Positions 1-12,324 of a stretch of 64,000 nucleotides of DNA are shown one piece after another; positions within the stretch are counted from its first letter, which is position 1; the number at the start of each line of letters is the position of its first letter. The position numbers and the translations under genes were made by a program. The stretch spans positions 558,001 to 622,000 of the forward strand of contig CP145409.1 in NCBI GenBank assembly GCA_036867785.1. The letters are read 5' to 3'. The stretch comes from Plasmodiophora brassicae (lineage: Eukaryota). The notes under the pieces are model-generated. The model worked only from the letters and a program-made list of their open reading frames with translations, had not been told where the DNA came from and ran no database searches.

Positions 1-2
1 GA

Positions 3-1109
3 CTAAACTACGCCGATCTGGACGACTACGGGTCTGTCAACGCGCTTCCGCCCATCCCTTTGCGGCGATACCCCAGGTGGGGGGAAGAATCCAGCCCGAC
101 AGCACCCAGCAGCGGGGACGACAGTGTTCAAGAGAGTGAGGATGAGTCGGCTGTGGATATGGAGGACTTGGTGGAGAACCTACAGGTCGCGCTTCAAGAC
201 AAGTACCAGTTCACTGGCCTACTCGGACATGGGTCGTTTGGACGCGTCTACGAAGCTACCGACCGTCGATCTGGCAAACGAGTCGCCATCAAGTTCGCGT
301 TTAGTGACCCTGACGATCTCGGCCAGAACCAGGAGTACGACCTGCAGCGCAAGGTTCATCATCATCGCAACGTCCTCACCGTGCACGAAGCCTTCGACAT
401 GCTAGGTGGCCTGGTCTCGTGCATCGTCATGGATGTAGCCGACAGCGACCTTTTCGACCATGTAAAGGAATGCGGCGCCCTGGACGAAGAAGAGGCCCGA
501 TCGCTGTTCGTCCAACTGGTCGATGCTGTCGACGCGTGTCACGAGGCGAAAATCGTGCATCACGACATCAAGCCGCAGAACGTGCTTCTAGCCTGTGACC
601 GCACCCGTGTCCTTCTCTCAGATTTCGGCCTAGCTGGCTGCCCGTGTGATGACAACCCAGCACTAGAGATTCTGACGTCAACGTCCGGAACGCGAACGTA
701 TATGCCGCCTGAGAAGATCAACGAGAAGCTGTACTGGGGCCCTCCGTCCGACGTGTGGAGCCTGGGCTGCGTCCTGTTCGTCATGCTGTCCGGGCACCAG
801 CCGTTCAGAGTCGGCGACGACGCAGCCATTCGTGCCGGCAACTATTACCCGCTGCCCGACCATGTGTCGGGTCAGGCCAAGGACTTGATCGATTGGATCC
901 TGCAACCTGTTGCGGCTAACAGACCGACGATCGACGATATTCGTGGGCATGTCTGGACCACAGGCCGTGCTGCTGTTGACGCTCCCCGGTACACAAGGAA
1001 GCGCCGCATGTCATATGTGGAACACGACCCGGTACTGGTGAAGTCGGCGTCGGACACGCGCGCGTCAGACGCTCAATCTTCGTCTGCGCATCGTGTCATC
1101 GGGCACTGA
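3..1109 (+). CDS. Ser/Thr protein kinase, CAMK-like, non-RD (5' end lies outside the window)
   Basis: GHGSFG loop, VAIK, HHDIKPQN catalytic loop, DFG, GTRTYMPPE, DVWSLG. The frame is open from position 3, so the ORF is 5'-truncated. Confidence 0.9.
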   Translation, partial: LNYADLDDYGSVNALPPIPLRRYPRWGEESSPTAPSSGDDSVQESEDESAVDMEDLVENLQVALQDKYQFTGLLGHGSFGRVYEATDRRSGKRVAIKFAFSDPDDLGQNQEYDLQRKVHHHRNVLTVHEAFDMLGGLVSCIVMDVADSDLFDHVKECGALDEEEARSLFVQLVDAVDACHEAKIVHHDIKPQNVLLACDRTRVLLSDFGLAGCPCDDNPALEILTSTSGTRTYMPPEKINEKLYWGPPSDVWSLGCVLFVMLSGHQPFRVGDDAAIRAGNYYPLPDHVSGQAKDLIDWILQPVAANRPTIDDIRGHVWTTGRAAVDAPRYTRKRRMSYVEHDPVLVKSASDTRASDAQSSSAHRVIGH

Positions 1110-1163
1110 TGTTGGCAATGCAACACACTGTATAAAGATGGATTGTCTATCACCTATATCACT

Positions 1164-1190
1164 GACGACGACGACGACGACGACGACGAC
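1164..1190. repeat. (GAC)9 microsatellite
   Basis: Direct reading of gacgacgac... Confidence 0.9.
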
Positions 1191-1390
1191 AACGATAGCA
1201 CTATCGAGCGACAACATAATCCGCATAGACGCTTCGCAAATGTTCCCCTGTGCTCTACGGGTTGCCCGTGGCTTCGTGCTCGCATGACATTCCAGACTCG
1301 CGAAAACGGCGCCAATGTCGCGTCGGCTCAACGCACAAGTCCAGTCGACTCCGCCGATCAGGGCTACGTAGACCCAATTAGACGCTCGTC

Positions 1391-1456
1391 CTGTATGCAT
1401 GAACGAGTCATCTGTATGCATGAAACGAGTCATCTGTTTTCATGAGACGAGGTAAT
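1391..1456. repeat. Degenerate 21-23 bp tandem repeat, 3 units
   Basis: ctgtatgcatgaacgagtcat / ctgtatgcatgaaacgagtcat / ctgttttcatgagacgaggtaat. Confidence 0.75.
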
Positions 1457-1887
1457 GGTCCGTTGGAGTGACCCGCCCGGGGCATCGGAGCCGTTCTAGG
1501 TATGTCCCAGTGATGGGTAGGCTCCGTTTGGCGCAATACGTTACTGGTTCTGCGACAGATCATGGAAGAAGACACGTTGGGGGGCGTTGCCGACGAGCAA
1601 GACGGACCGCCGAGGGATTCCAGACCAACAGGTGGACATTTCATACCCCATTTATCAAGCTCAGACCATGTCTATGTTCCGACATACGCAGGATTGCAGC
1701 CTCCTTCTCCGCAATGTGCTGGAAGTGGTACGGAGTATATCGCGCAGTTCCGGGCCGATCTATATTTGGCTCGAGTCTGCAAGTTGCTTCGCAGCTGCAG
1801 CAAGGGTCAAACGCAAAAGGCAGACGTCGAGTCGAAGGGTTCCTTCTGCCGAAGACGGGCCGCGTTTAACATTGATACTTCGGCAGC

Positions 1888-3021
1888 ATGATGCTGTACG
1901 CAGGCATGCTGGCCAGCCTGATGGCGATAGCCTCGGCAACCGTCACGACCGACAGGAACTGCACGACGGGAGCCGTCGATGAACGGCGATGGATTGACGT
2001 TTGGCACGGTGTTCAAGGACGCCGCCTGGCGGACTCTGCTAGCGGCGTCAAAGGACATGTACCTGACCACCACATCAGGAGCGAAGGTATCGCCAGAGCG
2101 GATGAGCTGCCCAGCAGCATCGCTGTAGCGGATCTGTCAGTTGTACCGGACGTAGAAGGGGACAACCCGGAGCAGGGTGACAAGTGGGAGGTCTATCTAC
2201 GATATCTGCTGCTGCGCGACAGGTACCAGATCACCGGCCTGCTTGGGAATGGAGGATACGGACGTATCTACCAAGCAATTAATCTTCACTCCGGCACGCG
2301 AGTCGCCATCAAAGTCGTACGAAAGGACCAGACCACTCCTGACCTGTACCTGGAGTTCGCCCTGCACTGTATAGTCGACCGTCACTGCAACATCGTCAAT
2401 GTGCACGACTTCGTCGACATGCCCGCGCTCTCGTACATCGTTATGGAGGAGGCCGAAGGCGACCTGTTCGACCTTGTTGCCGCGCATGGACGTCCTCTGG
2501 CCGAAGACCATGCCCGGTCTCTGTTCATCCAACTGCTGGATGCCGTCGAAATATGTCATCGAGCTGGAATCGTCCACCACGACATCAAGCCTGAGAACGT
2601 GCTCCTCACGTGCGATCGGACGCACGTCCTGCTTTCTGATTTCGGCCACGCTGAGGGCGGATTTCGCCCGGGGCACCTTTGGACGACATCGCCGTATGGA
2701 ACAGATACCTACAATGCCCCTGAGAAGTACAGTGGGCAGGACTACCGGGGGGATCTGTCCGATGTCTGGAGCTTGGGCTGCGTCCTGTACATCATGCTGG
2801 CTGCATACGAACCGTTTGCGTCGGGCGCATGCGTCCGAACGGGCGACTATCCCCCGCTGCCTGACCACGTCTCAGACCAGGCCAGGCACCTGGTCGATTG
2901 GATCCTGACACATGCTGCCGACAGAAGGCCGACAATCGACCAAATTCGCGAGCACGATTGGATCACCGGCCGATACGTACACGGCGCCCCTCGGCGTACA
3001 CTGAGGCACCGGTGGAAATAA
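1888..3021 (+). CDS. Ser/Thr protein kinase, non-RD, with predicted N-terminal signal peptide; paralog of 3..1109
   Basis: MMLYAGMLASLMAIASA hydrophobic leader; GNGGYG, VAIK, HHDIKPEN, DFG, YNAPE, DVWSLG. Shares LPDHVS.QA..L.DWIL and RPTID with the upstream kinase. Confidence 0.9.
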   Translation: MMLYAGMLASLMAIASATVTTDRNCTTGAVDERRWIDVWHGVQGRRLADSASGVKGHVPDHHIRSEGIARADELPSSIAVADLSVVPDVEGDNPEQGDKWEVYLRYLLLRDRYQITGLLGNGGYGRIYQAINLHSGTRVAIKVVRKDQTTPDLYLEFALHCIVDRHCNIVNVHDFVDMPALSYIVMEEAEGDLFDLVAAHGRPLAEDHARSLFIQLLDAVEICHRAGIVHHDIKPENVLLTCDRTHVLLSDFGHAEGGFRPGHLWTTSPYGTDTYNAPEKYSGQDYRGDLSDVWSLGCVLYIMLAAYEPFASGACVRTGDYPPLPDHVSDQARHLVDWILTHAADRRPTIDQIREHDWITGRYVHGAPRRTLRHRWK

Positions 3022-3176
3022 ATACGAAATGACCCGTTAATGGCGAAGTCGGGCATCCGGCAACGGTTATCCATGAAAGGAACCAGGCGGAGCGCGCCCG
3101 CGACCTTGTCGGATGCTGTCTCAGTACTACCTAGACCCGTCTCCCGAGCAAACACGTCATCAGACAGTACGGCACA

Positions 3177-3916
3177 TTAACCGGGCATGAAATCTGAATA
3201 GGAACGACTATCTTGCAACTCGGCAGAATCGTTGGCAACGTCGTCACAGCGTTCTTGCGATGGCTGATAGGCATGGACGTTGAACCAGCTTCGAGGGAAC
3301 CGCCTGACCGGGTGCAGATTGTTGATCAGGAGCGCACAGAGCAGCATGACGACCGTCCCGAACAATGCAGGCTGCAGGACGAAATAGAATCCCAGCCCTT
3401 TGAGATAATCGCTGCCGATGACAGCCGTTAGTGCAATGGCACCTGCGGGCGGATGCATCGTGTTGCTCAGCCCCATGGCGCCGATACTCAGCGCTACGGC
3501 CACCGCTCCGCCCAACCACGAAGACAGTGATCGTGGGATCAGTCTCGCCACCGATACCCCGATCACGGACGATACTGGTCGCCGGTCAGATTACCATCGG
3601 ACAACGGTGTACGCGGATTCCTACAGAGCGTGCCGCCGAGGACATTCGTCGGTTGTGTAACAGGTGCGTCGATTTCATGGTACAGCAGGACAGCAGACGC
3701 GCCGAACGACGACAGCAACAGGTTCTGGTCGGACGTCGTGATCGGCGATAGGCGGATGACGCCGGCGACGACGAGCATCGACGCGAACGCCGCCAGCATC
3801 GAAAAGAACGTCTCGGTGAGGGCGGGAGGCGGCCGCGACTTGACGCCCACCATCCCGTTCCATTTCCTGAAGTACAGGACGATCCAGTGGGGCGTCCTGT
3901 CCGCGTTTGCCGCCAT
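3177..3916 (-). CDS. HPP family integral membrane protein (2 exons)
   Basis: SFGASAVLLY...PVTQPTNVLGG in exon 1 and MHPPAGAIAL in exon 2. A GT-AG intron at ~3575-3625 joins GGTL|LSSVIGV. Confidence 0.88.
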
Positions 3917-4208
3917 CGCCGGCGGCGGGCCCGCGCACACGCAGAAAGTCGACGGCGCCGCCGGAATGCGCAAAAACCAACGCGTCCTGTTTGTGCAGAA
4001 GTTCTTGACGCCTGTTTTGCAGTCTGCGTTCGTCGGGCCACTGCGGACGCGACTACCGGGCAAGTGGCAACACGCCGAGAGCAGGCGACACGTCTATCGG
4101 CGCCGGCGGATTATTCCCAGGAATAGTCAATGAGGACGCACCCTGAAACGAATGTGGCGCAGACAACTATGCTAACGACGTTTCCAATCGGCCGGAGATG
4201 GTTAATAT

Positions 4209-4415
4209 TTGGGCGGGACTATTGCCCGTGGTGTCGTCCGCTACTCCCGCGGCGAGAAGATTGCCGTTGCTCTTGAGGCCTATGAGGAACCTGGCAAGGG
4301 ATACCGAACGAGCCAGGAGCACGGCGTAGACTACCGTCAGATCAAGCGGTGGCGTTCGAGGTGTATGACCTCGGCATGCCAAATTGCGGAAGCACATAGC
4401 ACGACAGACAGGTGA
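4209..4415 (+). mobile_element. Remnant HTH (Brinker/pogo-type transposase DNA-binding domain)
   Basis: RYSRGEKIAVALEAYEEPGKGYRTSQEHGVDYRQIKRWR resembles the pogo/Tigger N-terminal HTH (..Y...K..V........A...GV....R.WR). No ATG and no DDE domain follows. Confidence 0.5.
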
Positions 4416-4416
4416 C

Positions 4417-4503
4417 ACCAGTCCGAGCAGCATATGACGTGGCATCAGTCCAAGCGGCAGATCATGACGTAGTACAAGTCCGAGCAGCAGTGTATGACGC
4501 ATC
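4417..4503. repeat. Degenerate ~27-30 bp tandem repeat, 3 units, between the TE remnants
   Basis: Minus strand: cgtcatacactgctgctcggactt / cgtcatgatctgccgcttggactg / cgtcatatgctgctcggactg. Confidence 0.6.
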
Positions 4504-4639
4504 ACCAGTGCCAGCCGCGTAGTCCAGCGTACGTGATCGACGTGACATCATGTCGACCAACGTCGACGACTATGGTGACCCATGCAATTGACCGGTGTGC
4601 GCCGTCGTAATTCTAACGGCTAACGACTATGGCATTCGC

Positions 4640-5200
4640 GTCCTGCAGCAAGTCTGCCATGAAAAAGATGTGCACTGTGCGCCGCCTGGTGTCGTCTAGC
4701 TACAATATGACTTCCGCGCCGTAGTACGTACAGGCCCGGGTCACCGAGCGCTCTCCTGAAGCCAAAGTCAGCAAGGCAATGGTGGGGCGTCTCATACCAC
4801 AGCCGAGGAGCTTCAACAAGGCCGTACAGCGCTTTCTTCAATCGCCATACGTAACCGTTGCCCTTCTGGTTGAAATTCTTCGGTTGCCCCACGTAGATGG
4901 GCGAGTTCAGCACTCCGTTCAGGAACGCGGTCTTCATATCCATCTGGTGGATCGTTAGCCCCATGACCGCCGTCAATGCAACCATGGTCCTCAGTGTTGC
5001 GTGTCGCAACGTTGGCGCGAACGTCTCCAACGCTTTCCCCGGGTCCGCGCATCCAACAACACAGAACCTTGCATTGTACCGCACGATCTTGCCGTTTCGC
5101 GCTTCGTCTTGTACACCATCTTCGACGGCAGCACAGGCTCGTTGTCAGTCGGAACTGGAGGCGATGAGCGGGGGAACGTCAGTAGTTTCCCAGATTCCTC
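4640..5200 (-). mobile_element. Degenerate Ty1/copia LTR-retrotransposon reverse transcriptase (RVT_2) fragment
   Basis: RYNARF, ETFAP, QMDMKTAFLNG, IYVGQP, LKKALYGLVEAPRLWY, DPGLY. A frameshift precedes RYNAR (KMVYKTKR is in another frame). The YVDD site has decayed to a frameshifted IL*LDD at ~4691-4710. Confidence 0.88.
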
Positions 5201-5338
5201 TGCTATTGTGATACATCATCGTTTTAGGAGTATTTGCTTTGTGAAAATTCATCATTTCCAGGCAGCCCCAATGATTAATGATCCCGACAATCTTCCAGAA
5301 ATAGCGCGATTCTGTCAAACCCTTCGCGACTGCATCCG

Positions 5339-5962
5339 ATGCTGAAGCAGCTGCTGGACCTGGATGCTCATGCGTCTGCAAAGTTGTGCAGTCGCGGGCG
5401 GGTTCGTGACTTGTTTGATGTGATCGGGCGCAGCTTAGACGTATGCCTTTGGATAACATACCATGCCGTCCGTCTAGGAACGGTTCTGTTGTCGATGGCT
5501 GTTGTTCTTTGCGGGTCATCCACGGTCGCGCAATACGTCGCGGCATTCAAGAGCAGTGCGATTGTGACCCCGTTCCGCCTCCTGTTCCTAGCTTCCATCG
5601 AATACTTGATCGAGCTAGCGGTGAAGTCGCTTGTGCGACGGCAGCGACCCACAACAGCGACTAACTTGCACGTTGTCAAGCATCGCCATGAAACTCTGTC
5701 GTTTCCCTCAGGGCACTCAATGCGATCCGGGATGGCTCTGGTCGTCTTGGCATCCGGGCTCCCACCTGGGGTGGTCCCCGTTATCGTGACCTCCTGGTGC
5801 ATCGCCATCGCAGTGTCCCGGGTCGTATCCGGCAACCATTTCCTTCTTGATAGCGTTGCCGGATTCATTCTGGGCGTCGTGACTACCAATGCGCTGCAAT
5901 CTATGCAACTATTCGACAGACTGCTTACACTGGCAATCGGGGGACTGGCATACGTTGCCTGA
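5339..5962 (+). CDS. PAP2-superfamily lipid phosphate phosphatase
   Basis: Motifs C1 KSLVRRQRP, C2 FPSGH and C3 SRVVSGNHFLLD, plus several TM segments. Confidence 0.88.
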   Translation: MLKQLLDLDAHASAKLCSRGRVRDLFDVIGRSLDVCLWITYHAVRLGTVLLSMAVVLCGSSTVAQYVAAFKSSAIVTPFRLLFLASIEYLIELAVKSLVRRQRPTTATNLHVVKHRHETLSFPSGHSMRSGMALVVLASGLPPGVVPVIVTSWCIAIAVSRVVSGNHFLLDSVAGFILGVVTTNALQSMQLFDRLLTLAIGGLAYVA

Positions 5963-5999
5963 CACATGCAAGGACATGACAATAAATAGTCGATGGATC

Positions 6000-6977
6000 C
6001 TACAGTGATACATAGCCCGATGGATCGAAGTCGTCGTCGACAGGCGCAGCGTCGGCACGACCAGGCGTCGGACGTTCGATGATGATGGTTTCTCTGAAGA
6101 GGCGTCCGTTGACATGTCGTAGTGTTGGTTGATCGCATTCCAGCGTCCAGGTCCCATACGCTGCATGGGCGCTGGCGCCCAGCCGACGAATTTCATCGAG
6201 CATGACATGCCCCATGGTGTCCTCGATGAAGTTGCCGGCCTGGAACCGTTGCCGACCGAACACAAACTCCATGTAATGCTTGCGATAGGCCACGTGCGGT
6301 TTGTCGTACCAGAAGTAGAGCGGCGACAGGATGACCTGCCCTTCGAAGACTTGCGGAGCACAAACAGGAACAGATTGGCGCGTCCCGTTACGCTTCTGGG
6401 ATCGTTTTGACGCGAATCCGACGTATTTAACGGTATCGGCGTTCCTGTCCATGACGTCCAGGACAGCGCCTAGCGGGACATGATGGAGGAACGCCCAGTC
6501 GTGCTGATAAACCATGACGAATGGCGTGTCGACATTGTGTAGAGCTTGTCGAACAGCCAGCGCAAAGCCGAACCTCTGGGACAGCTTCAGGACCGTTATG
6601 CTCTGCTCGTTGCCGTACTGTTCGACTGTCGCATGCGCCATGGTGTTCGCGCCGATCGGCGCCGCTTGCAACGAGACGGTCGGTTCACCGCCGACGCCGA
6701 ACGCCATCTGCACAAGAGAGATGGCACGCCTCTGGAACTGTACATACCGCACCGCCTGTTCATCGGTGATGCGCATGGACTTGAACTTCACGCTGACGCC
6801 ATCGCCGGCGGCCACCCTGGCGCACCCGTCAAACACGACGACAACGTCGCACGACAGCAGGCCCGGCACATGCCGGAACGATTCAACAACGGTGGCCAGC
6901 ACCGACGTTGACGGATTCGCGGGCATCGCCGACGACGTCATGACGATCGTCAGGCGATCACTCAGCGGCGCCGGCAT
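6000..6977 (-). CDS. Putative GT-A-fold glycosyltransferase-like protein
   Basis: Intronless 325-aa ORF. LTIVMTSS..P.NPST, VVVVFDG, GFALAV..AL..VDTPFVMVYQHDW and WYDKPH resemble the nucleotide-diphospho-sugar transferase fold. Confidence 0.6.
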   Translation of the reverse strand: MPAPLSDRLTIVMTSSAMPANPSTSVLATVVESFRHVPGLLSCDVVVVFDGCARVAAGDGVSVKFKSMRITDEQAVRYVQFQRRAISLVQMAFGVGGEPTVSLQAAPIGANTMAHATVEQYGNEQSITVLKLSQRFGFALAVRQALHNVDTPFVMVYQHDWAFLHHVPLGAVLDVMDRNADTVKYVGFASKRSQKRNGTRQSVPVCAPQVFEGQVILSPLYFWYDKPHVAYRKHYMEFVFGRQRFQAGNFIEDTMGHVMLDEIRRLGASAHAAYGTWTLECDQPTLRHVNGRLFRETIIIERPTPGRADAAPVDDDFDPSGYVSL

Positions 6978-7108
6978 TCCCGCCACCGGCTGCTGCCGCT
7001 GAAATTAGCGAACGCCGCGCGGATTGGCTCTCGGTGCAGTCAAAGGCGTTACAGCGCGGTCCGAGTCTGTATTGTGCTACCTATTTGTATACGTCTGACG
7101 CGGGGGAC

Positions 7109-8587
<1,479 letters not shown>

Positions 8588-8778
8588 GCCTCTGCAACGA
8601 CAATGACCAACTCGATGAGTAATGGCACACGGCGCACGGTCGTCACTGTGCAACCGGGCGCGTGCCCCTGACAACGTTCCAGACCGTCTGGAATATAAAG
8701 ACGCGCGTGACTCCACCCGTGTTCCCGATTTCTCCCTGCGGCCGGCAGGACGATGCCATTGACGAACGTCCCTTTATT

Positions 8779-10162
8779 CTAGGCGACATCGGACGGTTTC
8801 AGGCCCTCGTAACACGTCATGCCGAACTCGTTCGTCAGGAGATCGTTGGCGCCCTTCTTGATGAGAAACGCGGCGATCTCCTTGTACTCGTACGCCAAGC
8901 AGTAGTGGCAAGGCGTCTGGCCCTGCCTGTTCTGCGCGTCCAGGTTCGCATGGTGTTTCAGGCACACCTTGATCATCTTCTTGGCGCCGTTCTGGCACGC
9001 AATGTGCAACGCCGTGTTGCCGTTCTGGTCCCTCAGGTTGACATCCACGCCCTGGTGCACAAACGTTTACAGGTGTTCCACGCACGCTCTGCCATAACCC
9101 TCGTCCTGACCGATGATAACAACTCGTCGACCTTCTTGTACTTGTTGTTCTGAACGGCATCGAACAGGACGCGAGTGACTTGCTTGATGCGCTCCTCTTC
9201 TTCCAGTTTCTTCTTCGTCTCTTCGCTGTCGCTGGCCGGTTCATCGGCGGCAGCAGCCGCTGCCGCCGCTGCTGCTGCCCCTGCTTCGGCTTCCTCCCGG
9301 GCCTTCGCGGCACGTTGGGCTTTCAGCTCCTGCACCCGACGGCATTGAAACGATCATGATCGGCTGGGGAAACTTGACAAACCTCTTCGTCCTTGAGGCG
9401 CTTCGCAGCAAGGGCTTCGGAAATTTGCTCCTGCAGCTGAAGCTCAGCGATGTCGTCGTAGGTCAGCATCGGCGGCTGCTCGAGTTCATCCTCGTAAACG
9501 ATCGGCTGCCCATCGGGGCCGATATGCCGACGTAATTCCTTGGGCTGAGGTGGACCTTTCAAACGACACTCAGTATCGAAGTCTCCGTCTTGAACAAGCT
9601 CCTAAATACTAACGATGGGCGACTCGTGTCATTGCCGAGCAGGCTAACGCCCGCCCGATACAGTTGCTCATTGGGCCGAACGGGCTCTTCGGCGGCCTGC
9701 GATCCTTGAAGTTGCGGTCGGGTTTCGCGATACGCTCTGGGTCAGCGTTGACATTGGTGCCATCGGGCGGAGGCTTCATCGAGAGCAGCGTCACCCCAAT
9801 AGCTGTCTTAGCACGGTAGGGAGGATTCCTGATATCGGATATTTACCAGCGCGCCCAGGACGCAGGTTGCGATGGCACTGCACCTGAGCTCCTTGTACTT
9901 GTCATCGGCAACCTTGTCGGGCCCCTTGTTCAGGTTTCGGAAGTCGACCTTGTTGCATTTGTGCGGGCGCTTCAGCAGGTGCCCTGTGTACAGGGGCAAG
10001 GTCGGATCGCGCGGGTGTTGATCCAGGTAATGCGCGCGATTCGGCTTCGCGGGAACACCTGAATGGCGGAGTCGACTCGCGATCATGTAATTTGTACACA
10101 AGCAGCCACTGACCTGCCTTTCCACGGGGGTAGGCCTCTTCCGCGGCTTCGCCCAGCGTCAT
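8779..10162 (-). CDS. Ankyrin-repeat protein with long N-terminal region, multi-exon
   Basis: C-terminal DQNGNTALHIACQNG, NRQGQTPCHY and NEFGMTCY repeats. Upstream exons are joined by short GT-AG introns; the start is approximate. Confidence 0.75.
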
Positions 10163-10410
10163 GTCCTACGCCTCACGCGATCGAACAGGCGATCACGTAA
10201 TATCTTGCAACCGATAGCGCATTAAGGAAGTCGCGTTACATGCTGAGCTGTCGTTAACGGGCAAGCGAGTTTCAATACGTCTGAAGTTGGTTTATGTCGA
10301 ACAATATAGTTGGCAGCTATGGCTATGGGAGGCTCAGACGGGTGCTCTCGAATACATATGGGACGATAACCGGTTTTGACGCTGGCCTAATTCGACGTCA
10401 CGCCGAATCG

Positions 10411-11450
10411 TTAGATGGCTGTTGAACAAAGCAGCGTTTCAATCGAACCTTGTCGATACCTCTCGACTTCAAATGCGTCCGCCCAGACATGACGATGCGA
10501 CGCAACTAACAGCCAGGCACTGCAGAGGCACGCCACAAATGCAAAGCAGAGTCGCGCCCTGTTGAATGTTATTCGGGCCTGATCGAATCGATTGCAGTGG
10601 TTACGATCACCATGCTCCATGTGGCCCGTGTGTGATTTCTCCTGTTCCCACGGGCTCGTGCTTCTCGAAGAAGGTCTTGCAGACGGAATGCTCGATGGGC
10701 GACTGCCCTTCCGAAACGACCACCGACCGGCAATTGAGCCCAGGATGAGCCGACATGAGGACACCATCGAGCACGCTGGGGATTTCTACAAATAGGCAGT
10801 CTGTTACGCGCGCGAGCAGGGGAACATCGTGCACGCACTGAAGGTTTCATAGATCGCGGCAGCCAACGCCATAGCAGAGACGACGGCAGGGATTGCCATC
10901 AGCGTGAACGGAAACGGGCGGCGCATGCAGAAATGCTGTCGCGAAACCGTCTCGACGGTCCACTTTAGAGTAGGGAAGCTGGCAACCAGGAGCGACGACA
11001 GCACAACGCATTGCGATACAAAACTTGCCCTGCGACCGTGTTCATATCGCTAACGACGTGACGGCGATCCGTTTACATACGAAACGTATCGGGAGATGGT
11101 CGTCAACTTGTGATGAAGCGGATGCTGGTCAAGATCCGTATACGATGGCTGAGAGCTAATAACTGTAATGGGCGTATACACCGGCGAGCAGGATAAAGAC
11201 ACTGTTGCGTTGTCTGTCGTTCCGCTTCTGACTGTAACCTGCGGTCAGACAGAAGAGACCCTCCTGAGGTCTACAGGTTGTACTAACGTGACATTGACCA
11301 GATAACGGGGTCGGACAGGATACAGGACGCCAGCAGGCACACCGAACTCATTGAGCAGACAACGGCGTAGAACCTCTCAGGCATGATGGGTGCCCACGCC
11401 AGCCGGTGCGATATGTCGTAATTCTCATCCCCGATCAGCACCATCTGGCG
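10411..11450 (-). CDS. Hypothetical multi-exon membrane protein
   Basis: Short minus-strand ORF segments with hydrophobic helices (FTLMAIPAVVSAMAL; LCFAFVACLCSAWLLV) separated by intron-like segments. The 5' end is unresolved. Confidence 0.4.
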
Positions 11451-12324
11451 TCACGTCCGCCACCAGGCCCAGGATGTCTGGTGCTTCAAGTGTCAGAGTC
11501 AGACATGATTATCGTTCCTGTGCACGCCTCCATCGTCTCTGCTGGCCTTCTTGTTGCAAAAGACGAGTCTTGGACATCTGACCGGCATGCATAAACCTCT
11601 CTATGTACTGGAGCACAGGGGCGGGCAGCACGAGACGTCGACGCCGGGCTGAGAGCTTACCAGTTATACCACTATTGCGGCATCAGTGTGCGCCATTAAT
11701 CAGTCGTGAACTGCCTGAACCTGCTGGCACATGCCATGGTGCCGTTCGGACGCCGACGAGACGACGCCCCTGTTTGTCTCCCTCGTTACTCCAAATCGCC
11801 TATGTAGTGGTGTTCAAACTTTCACACCGACGTGTACTGGTTCAGGTAGTTCTGATCAGGGAATGATCGGGCACAGTTCTGGGAGTTGTCAGGGAATGAG
11901 CGGTCCAGTAGACTGTGGACATCGTTAAGCGGTCTTGGAGTAGCGTGTTGGATCTTGTGTGGCGGGATTGCAGTCCCCCATCCCGAACCGCTTCATCAGC
12001 TCGATGACTTCGTATCCTGGCCACGGCAGATGCGGCCGGGTGGTACATATATAGGCCGCCCATGACTTGGATCTCGCTCGTCTCTGAAGGCCTTGACGAT
12101 CTCGTGACACGGTGTGTTCGAGAAGTACGGCATCAGGACAAGCAATTGTCGACGTGGGTTGACAGGGTGACGAACTGGGGACCCTGCAGGATTCAACCGC
12201 AGCCTCTGATGAAGCGCAACTTACATACCCTGGTACGCAGGTACCTATTGGGGGCTTGCGAGGGGGGGAGGCCGGATCACTGGCGCAGTGCGCGCATCGG
12301 ACACCGTGACACTGACACTGCGTC

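Noticed and set aside
8677-8693. Perfect 8-bp inverted repeat TTCCAGAC-C-GTCTGGAA upstream of the NDR kinase
   Set aside because: A single short palindrome that is not repeated elsewhere in the window; function cannot be supported.
11110-11155. C/D box snoRNA-like GTGATGA...CTGA
   Set aside because: Only ~45 nt long, no terminal stem, and antisense to a probable coding exon.
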